Positions 29,404-39,796 of a stretch of 64,000 nucleotides of DNA are shown here, piece by piece (position 1 is the stretch's first letter; each line of letters opens with the position of its first letter). The DNA comes from Paramoeba atlantica (lineage: Eukaryota > Protista > Discosea). A model generated the notes under the pieces. That model searched no databases. It saw only the letters and a list, made by a program, of their open reading frames with translations, and was not told the DNA's origin. The DNA lies in NCBI GenBank assembly GCA_977017575.1, contig CDRNVI010000088.1, forward strand, positions 62,001-126,000, in the 5' to 3' direction. A program made the translations under genes and the position numbers.

Positions 29404-31611
29404 CTATGCCTGGATAGGACAACAAACGGGAAATGTATTTGAATTGCTGCTTTCGCTGTCAGTTAGTGTTTCAGATAAAAATACTGAACTCACCTCACGG
29501 GTGGCGCCAGGCGTCGGCAGCGCCTTCTCCGATTCGTCTCGCGCCACTACTTGCGGATAGTCCTTCATAACTTTCTCAGAATTCCGCAGCACTTCGTCGC
29601 ATCTGTGTAGAATAGAAGCAACTGTGGGACGTGGACACCGGATACTCGAACTTGTCGGCTTGTTGGTTGAATATGTTGCGGAAACTGTTGAAGGAAGCGT
29701 ATCTGTAGAACCGGAAACTTGTGGGGAGCGTTCTTTGCTTTGAGAAGACGCTTCCACTACGGATGGAGCCTTACTTAGGACAGGAAGTAGTCGTTCCCGG
29801 AGCTCTCGCCTCTTTGTCTCTAATAAAAGGAACTCAATCTCACTAACAGTTTGAAGGAAGGAGAGTTGTGAGAGAGATGTGTCTCCGGTCATTTGCCGGC
29901 GGTCGCTCCCCTGGGCAAGCAGGTCAGATCTGCGTTTCGGAAAAATTTCCCGACACATGAGCTCCTGGGCTGTTGGTCTTTTTGTTGGATCTGGATGAAT
30001 CAAACTAAAAATGAGGACGACGAGATCGACAGAATATTTTTTTGTTGCAGCTAGCGTTCGTTTTACTAAGTCGGTGGTACGCAGTGCAGTATGCTCTTCT
30101 CCATTCTTGGGTAGAAGTGTGCCACTCATTAATTCATACATACACATGCCAAGCGCAAAAATATCACCACTCATGTAGAACATGCGCTCATTGAGCATAT
30201 CGAGGGCAATGTATCGTGCGTCGCCGTCTTCCTGAGAAAAGAATGCCTCTGTATTTTCGCGCGAAGACCATATGTGCTGATGATTGTGAGAGAGTTCGTA
30301 CTGCCTATACGATATCGGATGACCCGTGGTGGCGTCTAAAAATACGGCATGACCGAAGTCACCCAATTTAAGTCGCCCAGCTTCATCGTACAACACGTTT
30401 TCAAGCTTCAAGTCACCATGGGCAATCTGCTGCGAGTGGCATGTGTGGAGTGCAAGGGTAAGCTGACCCAGAATATCCAGTGCCTCGATTTCATCGGGAG
30501 GGGTCCGTGTGCGAGCTCGTCTTCCCAAACTTCCCCCGGGGCACAGCTCCATGAGGATGTACATCGTCTGCTGCGAGGGGTCGCCCTCCGCCCAGGTGTG
30601 GTGGAGTCGGACCACGTGAGGCCCACGACAGGCGATTCCCATGGCGCGTACCTCCATAAGTTTGCGTGTTCGGTCACTTGAACCACAGAGAGCCTCACAG
30701 ACTTGTTTCACAGCAAAGCGCTGGGCATCGAATTTGCGCTCCACGATATACACCTTACCAAAGGAACCGGAACCAACCATTTCGATTTCATGAAAATCGG
30801 CATGATACCCATGGTAGAGCGCTGAACCGAATTGGGTTTGAGAGAACCCCTGGGAGAATCCCTCATTTTGCGAGGGCAGGATTCCTTGGCTTAACGCCGC
30901 AGGGGGGAGCGGGAGCGACTCCTGAGATCCCTCATCCATTTGGAGTCCTTGTATTCGGTGAAAAGCTAACTTATTTTCGCTTCTCGTGCGTTTGCTTTTG
31001 AAAGGATCAAAGGACGGGGGTTTATTCGGTTTTCTAGGCACTGCGGAAGCCGGGAAAGACTTTCGCGGTGTGGGGGGAAGTGCGATGGTATCGCGATGTG
31101 GCGTTTGCCATGCAATCGAGGTCGGGGCCCCAAAGGTCGGACGCGGCCCTACAGGTGTGACGGGCGCAGGAAGGGCGTAGGAGTCCAATGAGGCTTCAAA
31201 ATCTCCCATATCAAGCGCCCCGGAGGTTCTCCCTCTCGAGGAACGGAATTGAGAGAGCAGGGGGCGGGACATACTATCTTGAGTGGAGAACCCCTTTGGA
31301 CGACCTGTGAATCGTGAGGATTGTGACCGCGAAAAGGGGAAGGAGGCTGAGGTCTCCGCGTAGGTAAAATGTGGCGTGTGAGGTGGAGAACAGGACTCGC
31401 CTCGGTCTTGTGGTGATCCGCTGATGTCTTGGGAGGAGTGCGTACGGCGTAGTGTGTGCTCTCGCTGAGAACCTACGTGAACTATTGAAAAGTCTTGCGA
31501 AAGCGGAGTGCCATTGCCTGATTTACGAACCACTTGATGTGCAGTAACTGGAGGAGACAAGGGAGCAGCGTTTGCTGAATTTTCGGCGTGGAGCATAATA
31601 ACAAGTAACAA
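29404..31611 (-). CDS. WEE1: Wee1/Myt1-like protein kinase
   Basis: GSGSFGKV, FAVK, HVVRLHHTW, MELCPGGSL, HGDLKLENV, KLGDFGHA, EDGDARY (Wee1 EGDxRY motif); Ser/Pro-rich N-terminus. Confidence 0.82.
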   Translation of the reverse strand: MLLVIMLHAENSANAAPLSPPVTAHQVVRKSGNGTPLSQDFSIVHVGSQREHTLRRTHSSQDISGSPQDRGESCSPPHTPHFTYAETSASFPFSRSQSSRFTGRPKGFSTQDSMSRPLLSQFRSSRGRTSGALDMGDFEASLDSYALPAPVTPVGPRPTFGAPTSIAWQTPHRDTIALPPTPRKSFPASAVPRKPNKPPSFDPFKSKRTRSENKLAFHRIQGLQMDEGSQESLPLPPAALSQGILPSQNEGFSQGFSQTQFGSALYHGYHADFHEIEMVGSGSFGKVYIVERKFDAQRFAVKQVCEALCGSSDRTRKLMEVRAMGIACRGPHVVRLHHTWAEGDPSQQTMYILMELCPGGSLGRRARTRTPPDEIEALDILGQLTLALHTCHSQQIAHGDLKLENVLYDEAGRLKLGDFGHAVFLDATTGHPISYRQYELSHNHQHIWSSRENTEAFFSQEDGDARYIALDMLNERMFYMSGDIFALGMCMYELMSGTLLPKNGEEHTALRTTDLVKRTLAATKKYSVDLVVLIFSLIHPDPTKRPTAQELMCREIFPKRRSDLLAQGSDRRQMTGDTSLSQLSFLQTVSEIEFLLLETKRRELRERLLPVLSKAPSVVEASSQSKERSPQVSGSTDTLPSTVSATYSTNKPTSSSIRCPRPTVASILHRCDEVLRNSEKVMKDYPQVVARDESEKALPTPGATREVSSVFLSETLTDSESSNSNTFPVCCPIQA

Positions 31612-31921
31612 AAAAGATTGAAAACGCTGGGCTAGGAAAAACAGACAATATTATGCAGAGTGTGCGTACAAGTACACGTAGGTAAACCAATTTTAGGAGA
31701 TGTCAATATAGTGATTCCCTTACTGCATGAACCCACGTTAGCGTGAACCAAAATCCGTTTCTGCTCATATTAACGCTGTCTGCTAATTAATCTCATATTA
31801 GTACTATACTCATGGTGTACTACACATAAAATATTTCATGACCTAGTATGTACACACTGTAAGTATTGATATCATTCACAATGCTTCCTACGGTAATCGC
31901 AAACGTAATCATAAAAGTGTT

Positions 31922-32149
31922 TTATTTCTTCTCAGGTTTCACAGAAGCGTGAACAATTTTGAGTCTACTTCTGTCAGCTCGTGGAATTTTTCCTGCCAAG
32001 TCACTCTCTACCGCAGACCGCATTGTTCGCTGCAGCTTACCTCTTAGCGTAGTTTTTGAACTTACCCTCTTTTTAGCACCGGCATGCGTACTTTTTTTCT
32101 TTGCAGACTTTTCAGGCTTCCGACGAAGCTTATGATTTCCTTGAGACAT
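31922..32149 (-). CDS. Small basic protein, DUF2462/UPF0390 (C19orf53-like)
   Basis: MSQGNHKL start, Lys-rich, LQRTMRSAVESDLA; 75 aa. Confidence 0.65.
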   Translation of the reverse strand: MSQGNHKLRRKPEKSAKKKSTHAGAKKRVSSKTTLRGKLQRTMRSAVESDLAGKIPRADRSRLKIVHASVKPEKK

Positions 32150-32526
32150 GTTTTAGTAGTGAGAAATACTTTAAAATGAAGTACAAAGCGTTGATTCTAT
32201 GAAAATCAAACCTCGAGCTAAGTGAGTTCTAAAGTTTTGGGTTCCGCATAACCTGATGCGCGAGAAAGAGTCTTGGTCAGTTTACTTGTGCAGGAAGTAG
32301 CTGGTAAGAACACGAAATGCACCAATACTCTTTTCTGTCCGTAAACAATAAAATCATTTAAAAGCGCTCCTTCTACAATAAAAAAACCGTAAAAAGGAGT
32401 GAATTACGAACTGAACTATGAACCGAAAAACAATGTTCATTTTCTGTCTTGAGACTATAAACTGAAAAACACTTTCTAACCTTTTTTCTCTACCAAAATG
32501 AGATGTCTGTTTGAATCAGAAATTCA

Positions 32527-34032
32527 CTATCTGGAATTTCCGGGAATGGCTGGCACTCGGGAGTAGGATGAGACACCACCTTGGCCCGAACCATGGGAGG
32601 AATACACAACAGAAGATTTGCTTGTCACTGAACCGTGAGATACCCACTGAGCGTGTGATACGGAGGAGAGTGACATCTTACCTGAGAGGGAAGTGTCCAC
32701 TGTGGTGCAACCGTGCTGTGCAGTTGTCGTTCCGGAAACGCCATGTTTACTCTCCTGCACAGTACACTGGGCTTGTGTGTCACTAGCCCGGACCACCGTT
32801 TCTAACTGAGTCCGAGCGTGCGCAAACCGCTGCGCCGCTTCTGCCAGAAATGGATGACGCAACGCCTCGGTGGGAGTAATGCGCCGTGCGGGGTCGTACA
32901 TCATGCAACGGCGAATGAGATCAAACAAGACGGCAGAATTGGGTACGCGTGTGTAGAGCATGTCACATAAAGGACGCTGACGAGCAACACGCTCAAGTGA
33001 CCTTTCGTATTCCCTTCGTTCCGTGGGGGAGGCACGCGAGCTGAGTGTGGGAGGCCAAACTAGTTTCCCTTTGCCCGTGAACCAGTGGTAATGCTCGTCT
33101 CGAAAAAGTTTTTCCCATTTGTGAAACGGGAAATTTTCACATCCTAGCTGTGCTTGCATCATGGCAAGATGCTCACGATTTTCGTGGGTGTCATACAGCA
33201 GACGTCCGGTGACTAACTCATATAAAATACAACCCACACTCCATATGTCCGACGGACACCTCCATCCAGTTTCAAGGATGACTTCTGGAGCGCGATAATG
33301 TCTTGTTTGGATGGTAGAGTGCCTTCCCTCTGGCTTGTTGTCATCCTGGCAACCACCGAAGTCACAGACACGAATCAGAAATAATCCAGACTGATCAATA
33401 CGGTTACCCAACCCGTTCCGACTCTCTCGTGCGGCCTCTTGTGCAGTTGTCTTGTCTTCATACCGGTCCATCAAAACGTTTTCTGGTTTTAAATCGGTGT
33501 GAACGACATGAGCTTTGGTGTGAAGGAATTCCAAATGTTCGAAAAGCTGAAAAGCAACTTCGGCACACGTGCTTATCGAAAGTGGCTTTTCTTGTATCAT
33601 CTCAAGAAGGCTGGGCCCATGGCGAGTCATCACCATGCAGACGTGTCCCGCTCGATTTTGAAATGAGGAAAGTAAACGCACCATGTGATATCGGTCATAC
33701 GGATCGTTTCGGATGAGTCGTTTCATATAAGTAATTTCATACCCCGCGTCATTGGCATATCTTTCAAGATTGCGCACAATCTTCATTGCACTGAATCGTC
33801 GAAGAGTGCGATCCCATGCGAGGATGACTTTACCAAAAGTGCCTTCTCCGAGATAAGATATAATTTTGTACCTCCCGTGATCGTCCGCATCTAGGCCCAG
33901 TACCACGTGATAGTGGCCCTCTTCCGCGGATTGCTGTGGAACTTCATACGTTACTTTAGCTTTCTTTGAGTCGCTTGATTCATCGTCTCGATACCGCTTT
34001 TTGTGAACCAGGTAGTCCGTCCCGGAAGACAT
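32527..34032 (-). CDS. CLK/LAMMER protein kinase, KKT10/KKT19 type (copy 2)
   Basis: EEGHYHVVLG, GEGTFGKV, HTDLKPENVL, RVCDFGGC, TRHYRAPEVILETGW, EHLAMM. Confidence 0.92.
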   Translation of the reverse strand: MSSGTDYLVHKKRYRDDESSDSKKAKVTYEVPQQSAEEGHYHVVLGLDADDHGRYKIISYLGEGTFGKVILAWDRTLRRFSAMKIVRNLERYANDAGYEITYMKRLIRNDPYDRYHMVRLLSSFQNRAGHVCMVMTRHGPSLLEMIQEKPLSISTCAEVAFQLFEHLEFLHTKAHVVHTDLKPENVLMDRYEDKTTAQEAARESRNGLGNRIDQSGLFLIRVCDFGGCQDDNKPEGRHSTIQTRHYRAPEVILETGWRCPSDIWSVGCILYELVTGRLLYDTHENREHLAMMQAQLGCENFPFHKWEKLFRDEHYHWFTGKGKLVWPPTLSSRASPTERREYERSLERVARQRPLCDMLYTRVPNSAVLFDLIRRCMMYDPARRITPTEALRHPFLAEAAQRFAHARTQLETVVRASDTQAQCTVQESKHGVSGTTTAQHGCTTVDTSLSGKMSLSSVSHAQWVSHGSVTSKSSVVYSSHGSGQGGVSSYSRVPAIPGNSR

Positions 34033-34284
34033 TACCAACGCTTACAACGCACTTCGAATCGTATTAAAAAGAAAGAAATGATTAATGTAAAATTTAGAAG
34101 CATCTACAAACGTGTTCTAGGGGCCAAGCTGCTTCGAAGGGTCTTTGGATTAATATATTGCGCCAAACACAGAACGAAAGATTAATAGGCCTGGGTATGA
34201 TAGGTGAGCTAGAGTAATTAAACTAAGTGTGAAGATGTCCGGGAATAGGATTCCCGGACTTTGAACATACTCCTCTAAATATTT

Positions 34285-34746
34285 TTACCATTTTCTCTTT
34301 ACCAGACGGTTGATGCATTCTTTAAAGTATATTACGTAATTCTTTTTAACTAATTCCCATGTTGAAGTCGACCCAAAAAAGTTGTCTGGATGCTTCTGCT
34401 GCGGAAAACGACGCAGCGCACAATCCTGACTGAGCTCTCGCAGCATGGTTAGTGAGCGCTCAGCTTCGTGAAGAAGAACCTGAATCCTGTCCGGATCTTT
34501 TATCTCCATGCCTTCCCGAAATCTTTGCCTAATAATAACCAGTGCTCTTTCATTCATTTGGGTGTGTTCGTTAACATCCACTAAATTGCTGTGAGGAAAC
34601 AATAAAGCAAGCTTAAGCCACTGACGATAAAGGCGAACGACACGATGTGCATGCGGGAGGACGGGTAGTGCAGTGCTACTGGAGTGCACTAGCAAATCAC
34701 GGGCCGTTTCTGGCACGGCTATGTGTAGGCGTCTTGATATTCTCAT
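34285..34746 (-). CDS. LYR-motif mitochondrial protein
   Basis: VVRLYRQWLKLA..FP....IRQRFRE..DPDRIQVLL pattern; mitochondrial-like N-terminus. Confidence 0.75.
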   Translation of the reverse strand: MRISRRLHIAVPETARDLLVHSSSTALPVLPHAHRVVRLYRQWLKLALLFPHSNLVDVNEHTQMNERALVIIRQRFREGMEIKDPDRIQVLLHEAERSLTMLRELSQDCALRRFPQQKHPDNFFGSTSTWELVKKNYVIYFKECINRLVKRKW

Positions 34747-34945
34747 TCTTAAAGTAAAAAGTAGTACGAAAGAAAGAGCCGCGGAGCAAAATTACAAATA
34801 AAATACTATGAAAGACATTATGAAACAGCACTCGTGATGAAAAGAATGCGGAAAACTAGATTAACTGAAAGCTTGCTTGTCGATATTATCCAAAAACAGT
34901 AGAAAAACCGACATGAAAGTTTCGTACTGATTAAGAGCATCCTTC

Positions 34946-35575
34946 TTACACCATCGGTTTTTTGGGTTTAAAATCTTCAACCATGCTTCGGGTACGTGTC
35001 GGTGAGCGTGGCAACATCGATTCACGTGTCAAATACTGCTTTCGGCGATCCAAGGAAAAAGGCATTGGTTTCATTCGTAAGTCGTTCACCTCATCCATGT
35101 CAATTGCTACGGCTTTAGCAGGAGGCGCTGCACCGGATTCGTCCTCATCCTCCAAAAAGAGTGGAATCTGTGGATCCCAATCCCGACTAGTTTCGGTTCC
35201 CGGAATTTTCGGCATGCGATCCTCAGCAAGCCTTTGCTCCACAGCTGCTCCGGATCGTATAATTTGAAATAGTAATTTATTTTTAAAGTAGCGAAAGTGA
35301 TAATTTGCTATTGTAGTCGTTCCCGGACAGCCATCCGCGTAGTCCCAGTCCGGAATTTCATGCAATAACCCTTGAATGAGACGAGAGTTTCCGAACCCAT
35401 GAAAGCGTTCCCACTCCCGCCGTGTTTTTCGCATGCGCTCATTAACTCTTCTAAGAGGATGTCCAGGATGTACAGTGGGGTAAGTGGGAATCTTCTTCGA
35501 CCAGAAGGTACTCCAGTGTGGCCGATTCCCAATAGGATACGCCTCCGATGTCTGAAGAAAGCGTGTAGCGCGCAT
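34946..35575 (-). CDS. MRPL52: Mitochondrial ribosomal protein mL52-like
   Basis: LHEIPDWDYADG matches the mL52 L.E.PDWSYADG motif; basic presequence. Confidence 0.7.
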   Translation of the reverse strand: MRATRFLQTSEAYPIGNRPHWSTFWSKKIPTYPTVHPGHPLRRVNERMRKTRREWERFHGFGNSRLIQGLLHEIPDWDYADGCPGTTTIANYHFRYFKNKLLFQIIRSGAAVEQRLAEDRMPKIPGTETSRDWDPQIPLFLEDEDESGAAPPAKAVAIDMDEVNDLRMKPMPFSLDRRKQYLTRESMLPRSPTRTRSMVEDFKPKKPMV

Positions 35576-35720
35576 TTCGAAGTCAAATTTAAATGTAAGG
35601 TAGTGACGTTAATCTTATAAGACTAGCTTTTGTTTCGAAAACTGAAGAAATACTACTGGTTTTGGAGTTTTGTTTGTACTGTATTTGCAATTCGTGAAAG
35701 ACTAAAAATTCCTCTCATTA

Positions 35721-37497
35721 TAGACTTCAGAACATTTTAGACTCTGGTAGTTATTCATGTACGCTCATCCACCTTAAGTGCTTAAGGTTGAGCGTTTTTG
35801 AACCAAAAGTTGCTCATTTTAGAGTGAAAAAAATGAGGTTTCGGGAGTGTGCAGACGCTTGGTAATATTTGCACGTCCCTAGGGTTGAACTAGTAAAATA
35901 TTTTGTGTGCACCGCCCCTCATTGGTCTTAATGATTTCCTAGGGCTAAATCAGTTAAATATTTTGTCATTAAGGATCAATAGCATTCTCTGTGAGAGAAA
36001 AACTGTTGATCTCAGGTGGCATTTTGGAAAGCATCATGCATAAAAGAATGGAGTTTACAAATATTTAAATTGTATTACATTTGTACTCTATTGAGCTGGT
36101 AGGTCTTTCGTTTTTCGAATATCTTGAATAAAGATTTGATAGAAAGAGCGAAATCGTCAATTTTACCCTCAAAATGATTGTCCGTAAACCAAATATCCGT
36201 AAAGTTATTTATTGCTGTAAATAAACCGTTACTTTATGTGTTGTGGTCAAGGCGTCCCAACTTCGCTGTTTCCAGTCTAAGTACCTGCTCAGCGAACCGC
36301 TTGAAATGAAGTGCTCTTGGCCGATCTAGGGTACATACAGTACCTAGGTTGTGCGCACTGCCTCGTACCCTATAAAAAATGGTCATGATCTCACTGCAGA
36401 TGAAAAGCGATTGAATGAAAGGATTTCCTTGATCTCGCTCTCGAATTCAGTGACATTTCCTGAGACCGCGCCGAATCCCCACCCGCAGCCCTTCAAATAA
36501 TGAAATCGAAAATTGTGGCGACGCCTCGAGCCTACTTTGCCATTTTGGGGTTTTTATGTTTTGCTTTTGCTATCAATGATTCGGACAAGGCTTCGCTAGT
36601 TAGAGGTTCGAAATTTCAAGGCAAGTTGGGTCTCATTTTAGATTGGGACGAAGAGTACGCCTAATTTGCGCCGCAAAATGATTTTCTATCAGGCCTGATC
36701 AAATGTGTGGTCGCATCAAATGTGCCCGGAATCATCCCAAAAAGTACGTAAGACTACTTGGGGAGAAAGTGGTGGAAATAACCGTCGACGTCAGGCCTCT
36801 TCGATGGGCTCTTCGGGGTTTAAAGGATTTTGAAATATTTGGGCGTTCGGTGACTTTTCAGACAAAGTCACCGTGAGGAATGATGCATCATTCGGAGCAC
36901 GGAGTATTGATATCGCTTTGGATGAAATTATTGTGTTTGAGAGGGCGATATTAGTTGTTTCGAGCTATTGTAGACTTCAGAACATTTTAGACTCTGGTAG
37001 TTATTCATGTACGCTCATCCACCTTAAGTGCTTAAGGTTGAGCGTTTTTGAACCAAAAGTTGCTCATTTTAGAGTGAAAAAAATGAGGTTTCGGGAGTGT
37101 GCAGACGCTTGGTAATATTTGCACGTCCCTAGGGTTGAACTAGTAAAATATTTTGTGTGCACTGCCCCTCATTGGTCTTAATGATTTCCTAGGGCTAAAT
37201 CAGTTAAATATTTTGTCATTAAGGATCAATAGCATTCTCTGTGAGAGAAAAACTGTTGATCTCAGGTGGCATTTTGGAAAGCATCATGCATAAAAGAATG
37301 GAATTCACCAATATTTTACGTTGTACATGTGTTACATTTGTACTCCATTGAGCTAGCAGGTATTCCGTTTTTCGAATATCTTTAACAAAGTTTTAATATA
37401 AAGAGTGAAATCGTCAATTTTACGCTCAACCTTCGGTCCGTAAATCAAATATCCGTATAAACGAAATATCCGTAAATTGATTTATTGCCGTAAACAG
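35721..37497. repeat. About 500-bp direct repeat, offset 1250 bp (35721-36225 vs 36971-37497)
   Basis: First 332 bp near-identical (one mismatch seen), remainder clearly homologous but diverged. Confidence 0.92.
36308..36494 (+). pseudogene. IS5/PIF-Harbinger/ISL2EU-type (DDE_Tnp_4-like) transposase remnant ending in a TIR copy
   Basis: EVLLADLGY..LVPYKK, +1 shift in an A-run, NGHDLTADEKRLNERIS; then ACCCGCAGCCCTTC at 36481-36494 (13/14 to the TIR of the 9737 element). Confidence 0.65.
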
Positions 37498-37846
37498 ACC
37501 CTTGCTTCATCAGGGTATTATATCCTGATATAAGATATATCAGATATAGAGAGCATTTCTATATCATATAGAGAGCAAGGGGATGTCAAAAAGTTGTATT
37601 ATGTGAGATGTCCGCACAGCTTTTTCTTGGTGTATGGGACATAATTTTTAGTTTTTTCCGCATGACCACCGGAGCATCAGGGGGTCGCTATGAACGATAG
37701 ACGGCAACAAAAACTCTTCGTTAGGGAAACGAGATCTCACTAATCCTGCCAAAAAAGTCAGAAACGGATAAAAATAATTGTTGGGGATTCTTCTGAGATG
37801 GTTTGTGTGGTGTTGAAAGAATTATCGAAGCATCCTCGAATATTGT

Positions 37847-38578
37847 TCATACTTGAGAGGGTACGCGGCAACCCGGGTGTAATGATTCAGAGATAGGAAA
37901 AGTGGGCAAATGTGCTCCTAAGAAATATTCAATAATCACGATTTGCGGTGGGTCGGTACAGTGTGAAAATTCTTGATTAGGTACTTGTGTACGTGTCTCC
38001 GCCATACTGCCTGTAGCAGTATCACGTACTCGTTGCCTAGGGGAAATCTGTTCTTCTTGCATTGACAATTCTTCGAAGTAATTTAGATGAAACTCTCGCC
38101 TACGAAGTATCGAGTCACAAGATAGACAAGCGTATTTTGTGCTCAACAAGTTAGATTTTGGACTCCCATCAGGATGAGTGCCGTATAAAATAGTTTGACC
38201 AATAGGTCGTGATCCCAATGTACGTAGTAAGCTGCCTTTGTAACTGTCGTAAAAGGAGCGAGGTACAACTACCCACCCGGGAACGACGTCTTGGAATGTA
38301 TCATTCCCCTGGTTGTTTTTCCTTCTTGTGTGAGATATGTGGCGAATAAAAAACTCAGAAGTTAAAATTTCGTGTCGTAGTACAAAGTGGTAGCAAGATG
38401 ACCCCATTGATTGCTCAAGAAGGGCAGTTAAATTTCCGTCGTATTTAGCCCAGCAGAATAAATTGTCCATTGCTTTAACATTCCACGAATGTAGGATGCA
38501 ATCTTCTAGAGATACATACCACGGACTTACATCGTATGCCATTGTACTTATTTCTTCATCTGTGAATTTATTAAGCAT
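37847..38578 (-). CDS. Chorismate-lyase-like (UbiC/DUF98 fold) protein, tentative
   Basis: Order of motifs DGNLTALLE..RHEIL..SRPIG..RRREF..IVIIEYF parallels DGSxTxxLE..RExxL..PIG..RxY..IxExF. Confidence 0.5.
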   Translation of the reverse strand: MLNKFTDEEISTMAYDVSPWYVSLEDCILHSWNVKAMDNLFCWAKYDGNLTALLEQSMGSSCYHFVLRHEILTSEFFIRHISHTRRKNNQGNDTFQDVVPGWVVVPRSFYDSYKGSLLRTLGSRPIGQTILYGTHPDGSPKSNLLSTKYACLSCDSILRRREFHLNYFEELSMQEEQISPRQRVRDTATGSMAETRTQVPNQEFSHCTDPPQIVIIEYFLGAHLPTFPISESLHPGCRVPSQV

Positions 38579-38870
38579 TTCGAGGGCTTCTTACTCACAC
38601 CAATAAGGGATAACACGCTTTTGCGTCACGCAACCCAATCAAAGGTTAAGTTCTGAAACACATAATGAATTGCACATATTTACGATAAAATGTCTTCTTA
38701 TACAGTAATTGTGACATGAGCAAAGAGACTTGCACAGATACGCAAAAGAAAAGACCATACAAAATAGGATGAATGATCTAAGGTACGACGAAAAGTACAA
38801 CGTGTTTTTCGCGGAAGTTTTGTTGATCCGTCATTCCACACAATACCTCACCCTAACCCTAAAAACAAGA

Positions 38871-39638
38871 TCAGACAATTTTTTGTAATTCATGAGCAAC
38901 TTTAAGATAGTCCCGCCCCATTTGCACAAAATTAATCTCTCCGCTCAACACTTTCTTTGGCAAGCTCTCCCCGTTTTCTTGCGCCTCCGCGGACACCCCC
39001 TCCTTATCCGTACCCGACGCCGGGAGCCCATCCCCCTTGCATCCCCCTCTCCACGCCTCTCGAAGATACCCCTCCACCTCCCGAGCCGCGGCCTCACACA
39101 ACATGTGCAGGAAGGGCTCATAATCGGAGGTCGGCACGACGTGCTGGGCGAGCCGCAGCTTATTGTAGCTCCCCTCCGCAAGGAAACGCTCGAGCTCGAT
39201 AATCGGCTGCACGTACGGGGTGGCCAACCCCGCGCGAGGGAGAGACTCCAGCGCGGTGTGAAACGCCACCGCGTCCCGACCCACCAGCAGCGCCGTGAGA
39301 TAGAGCCCATGGAGGAGATGCTCCCGGGCGGAGGGGTAGGCGGCGGTCCCCGGAAAATCCGTATAGTACGAGGTGAGCTGCAGGTAGCCCTGTGTAAACC
39401 CCTGGACGTCCCCCGTGCGTGCGTGACACAGGCAGACGTACTCCATGGCCTCGCGGACCAGGAGGGTTTCCTGCAACGCGGTGTCGTGTGTGGCGTCGGG
39501 GGAAAAGTAGGAAGGAAAGGTGAGGAACTCTACCCGGGCGTGCTGAAGGTGTTGCAGACTCTCGGGGTAGAGTTGGGTATCGTATGCGGTTTTGGCGGAT
39601 TGTAGGCTCTGGTAGGCTTTGTGGAAGGCCTCGGTCAT
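38871..39638 (-). CDS. RPN12: 26S proteasome regulatory subunit RPN12 (PSMD8)
   Basis: REAMEY..F...YLQL..YYTD; GLYLTALL..AFHTALESL; PIIELERFLAEGSYNKL. Confidence 0.9.
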   Translation of the reverse strand: MTEAFHKAYQSLQSAKTAYDTQLYPESLQHLQHARVEFLTFPSYFSPDATHDTALQETLLVREAMEYVCLCHARTGDVQGFTQGYLQLTSYYTDFPGTAAYPSAREHLLHGLYLTALLVGRDAVAFHTALESLPRAGLATPYVQPIIELERFLAEGSYNKLRLAQHVVPTSDYEPFLHMLCEAAAREVEGYLREAWRGGCKGDGLPASGTDKEGVSAEAQENGESLPKKVLSGEINFVQMGRDYLKVAHELQKIV

Positions 39639-39796
39639 GGGGAATGGAGTTAATGAAGCAAAAAAAGGAAAGGGGAAGTGTATTAAAGTGCAAAAAAGTT
39701 GTAGGTTTTAGTGAGGTAACAAAGTTGTGAGAAACTCGGCTAAAGTATATCGTCGAACATGTATTAGAATCGCGAAAAAAATTAAGATAACTAAAA

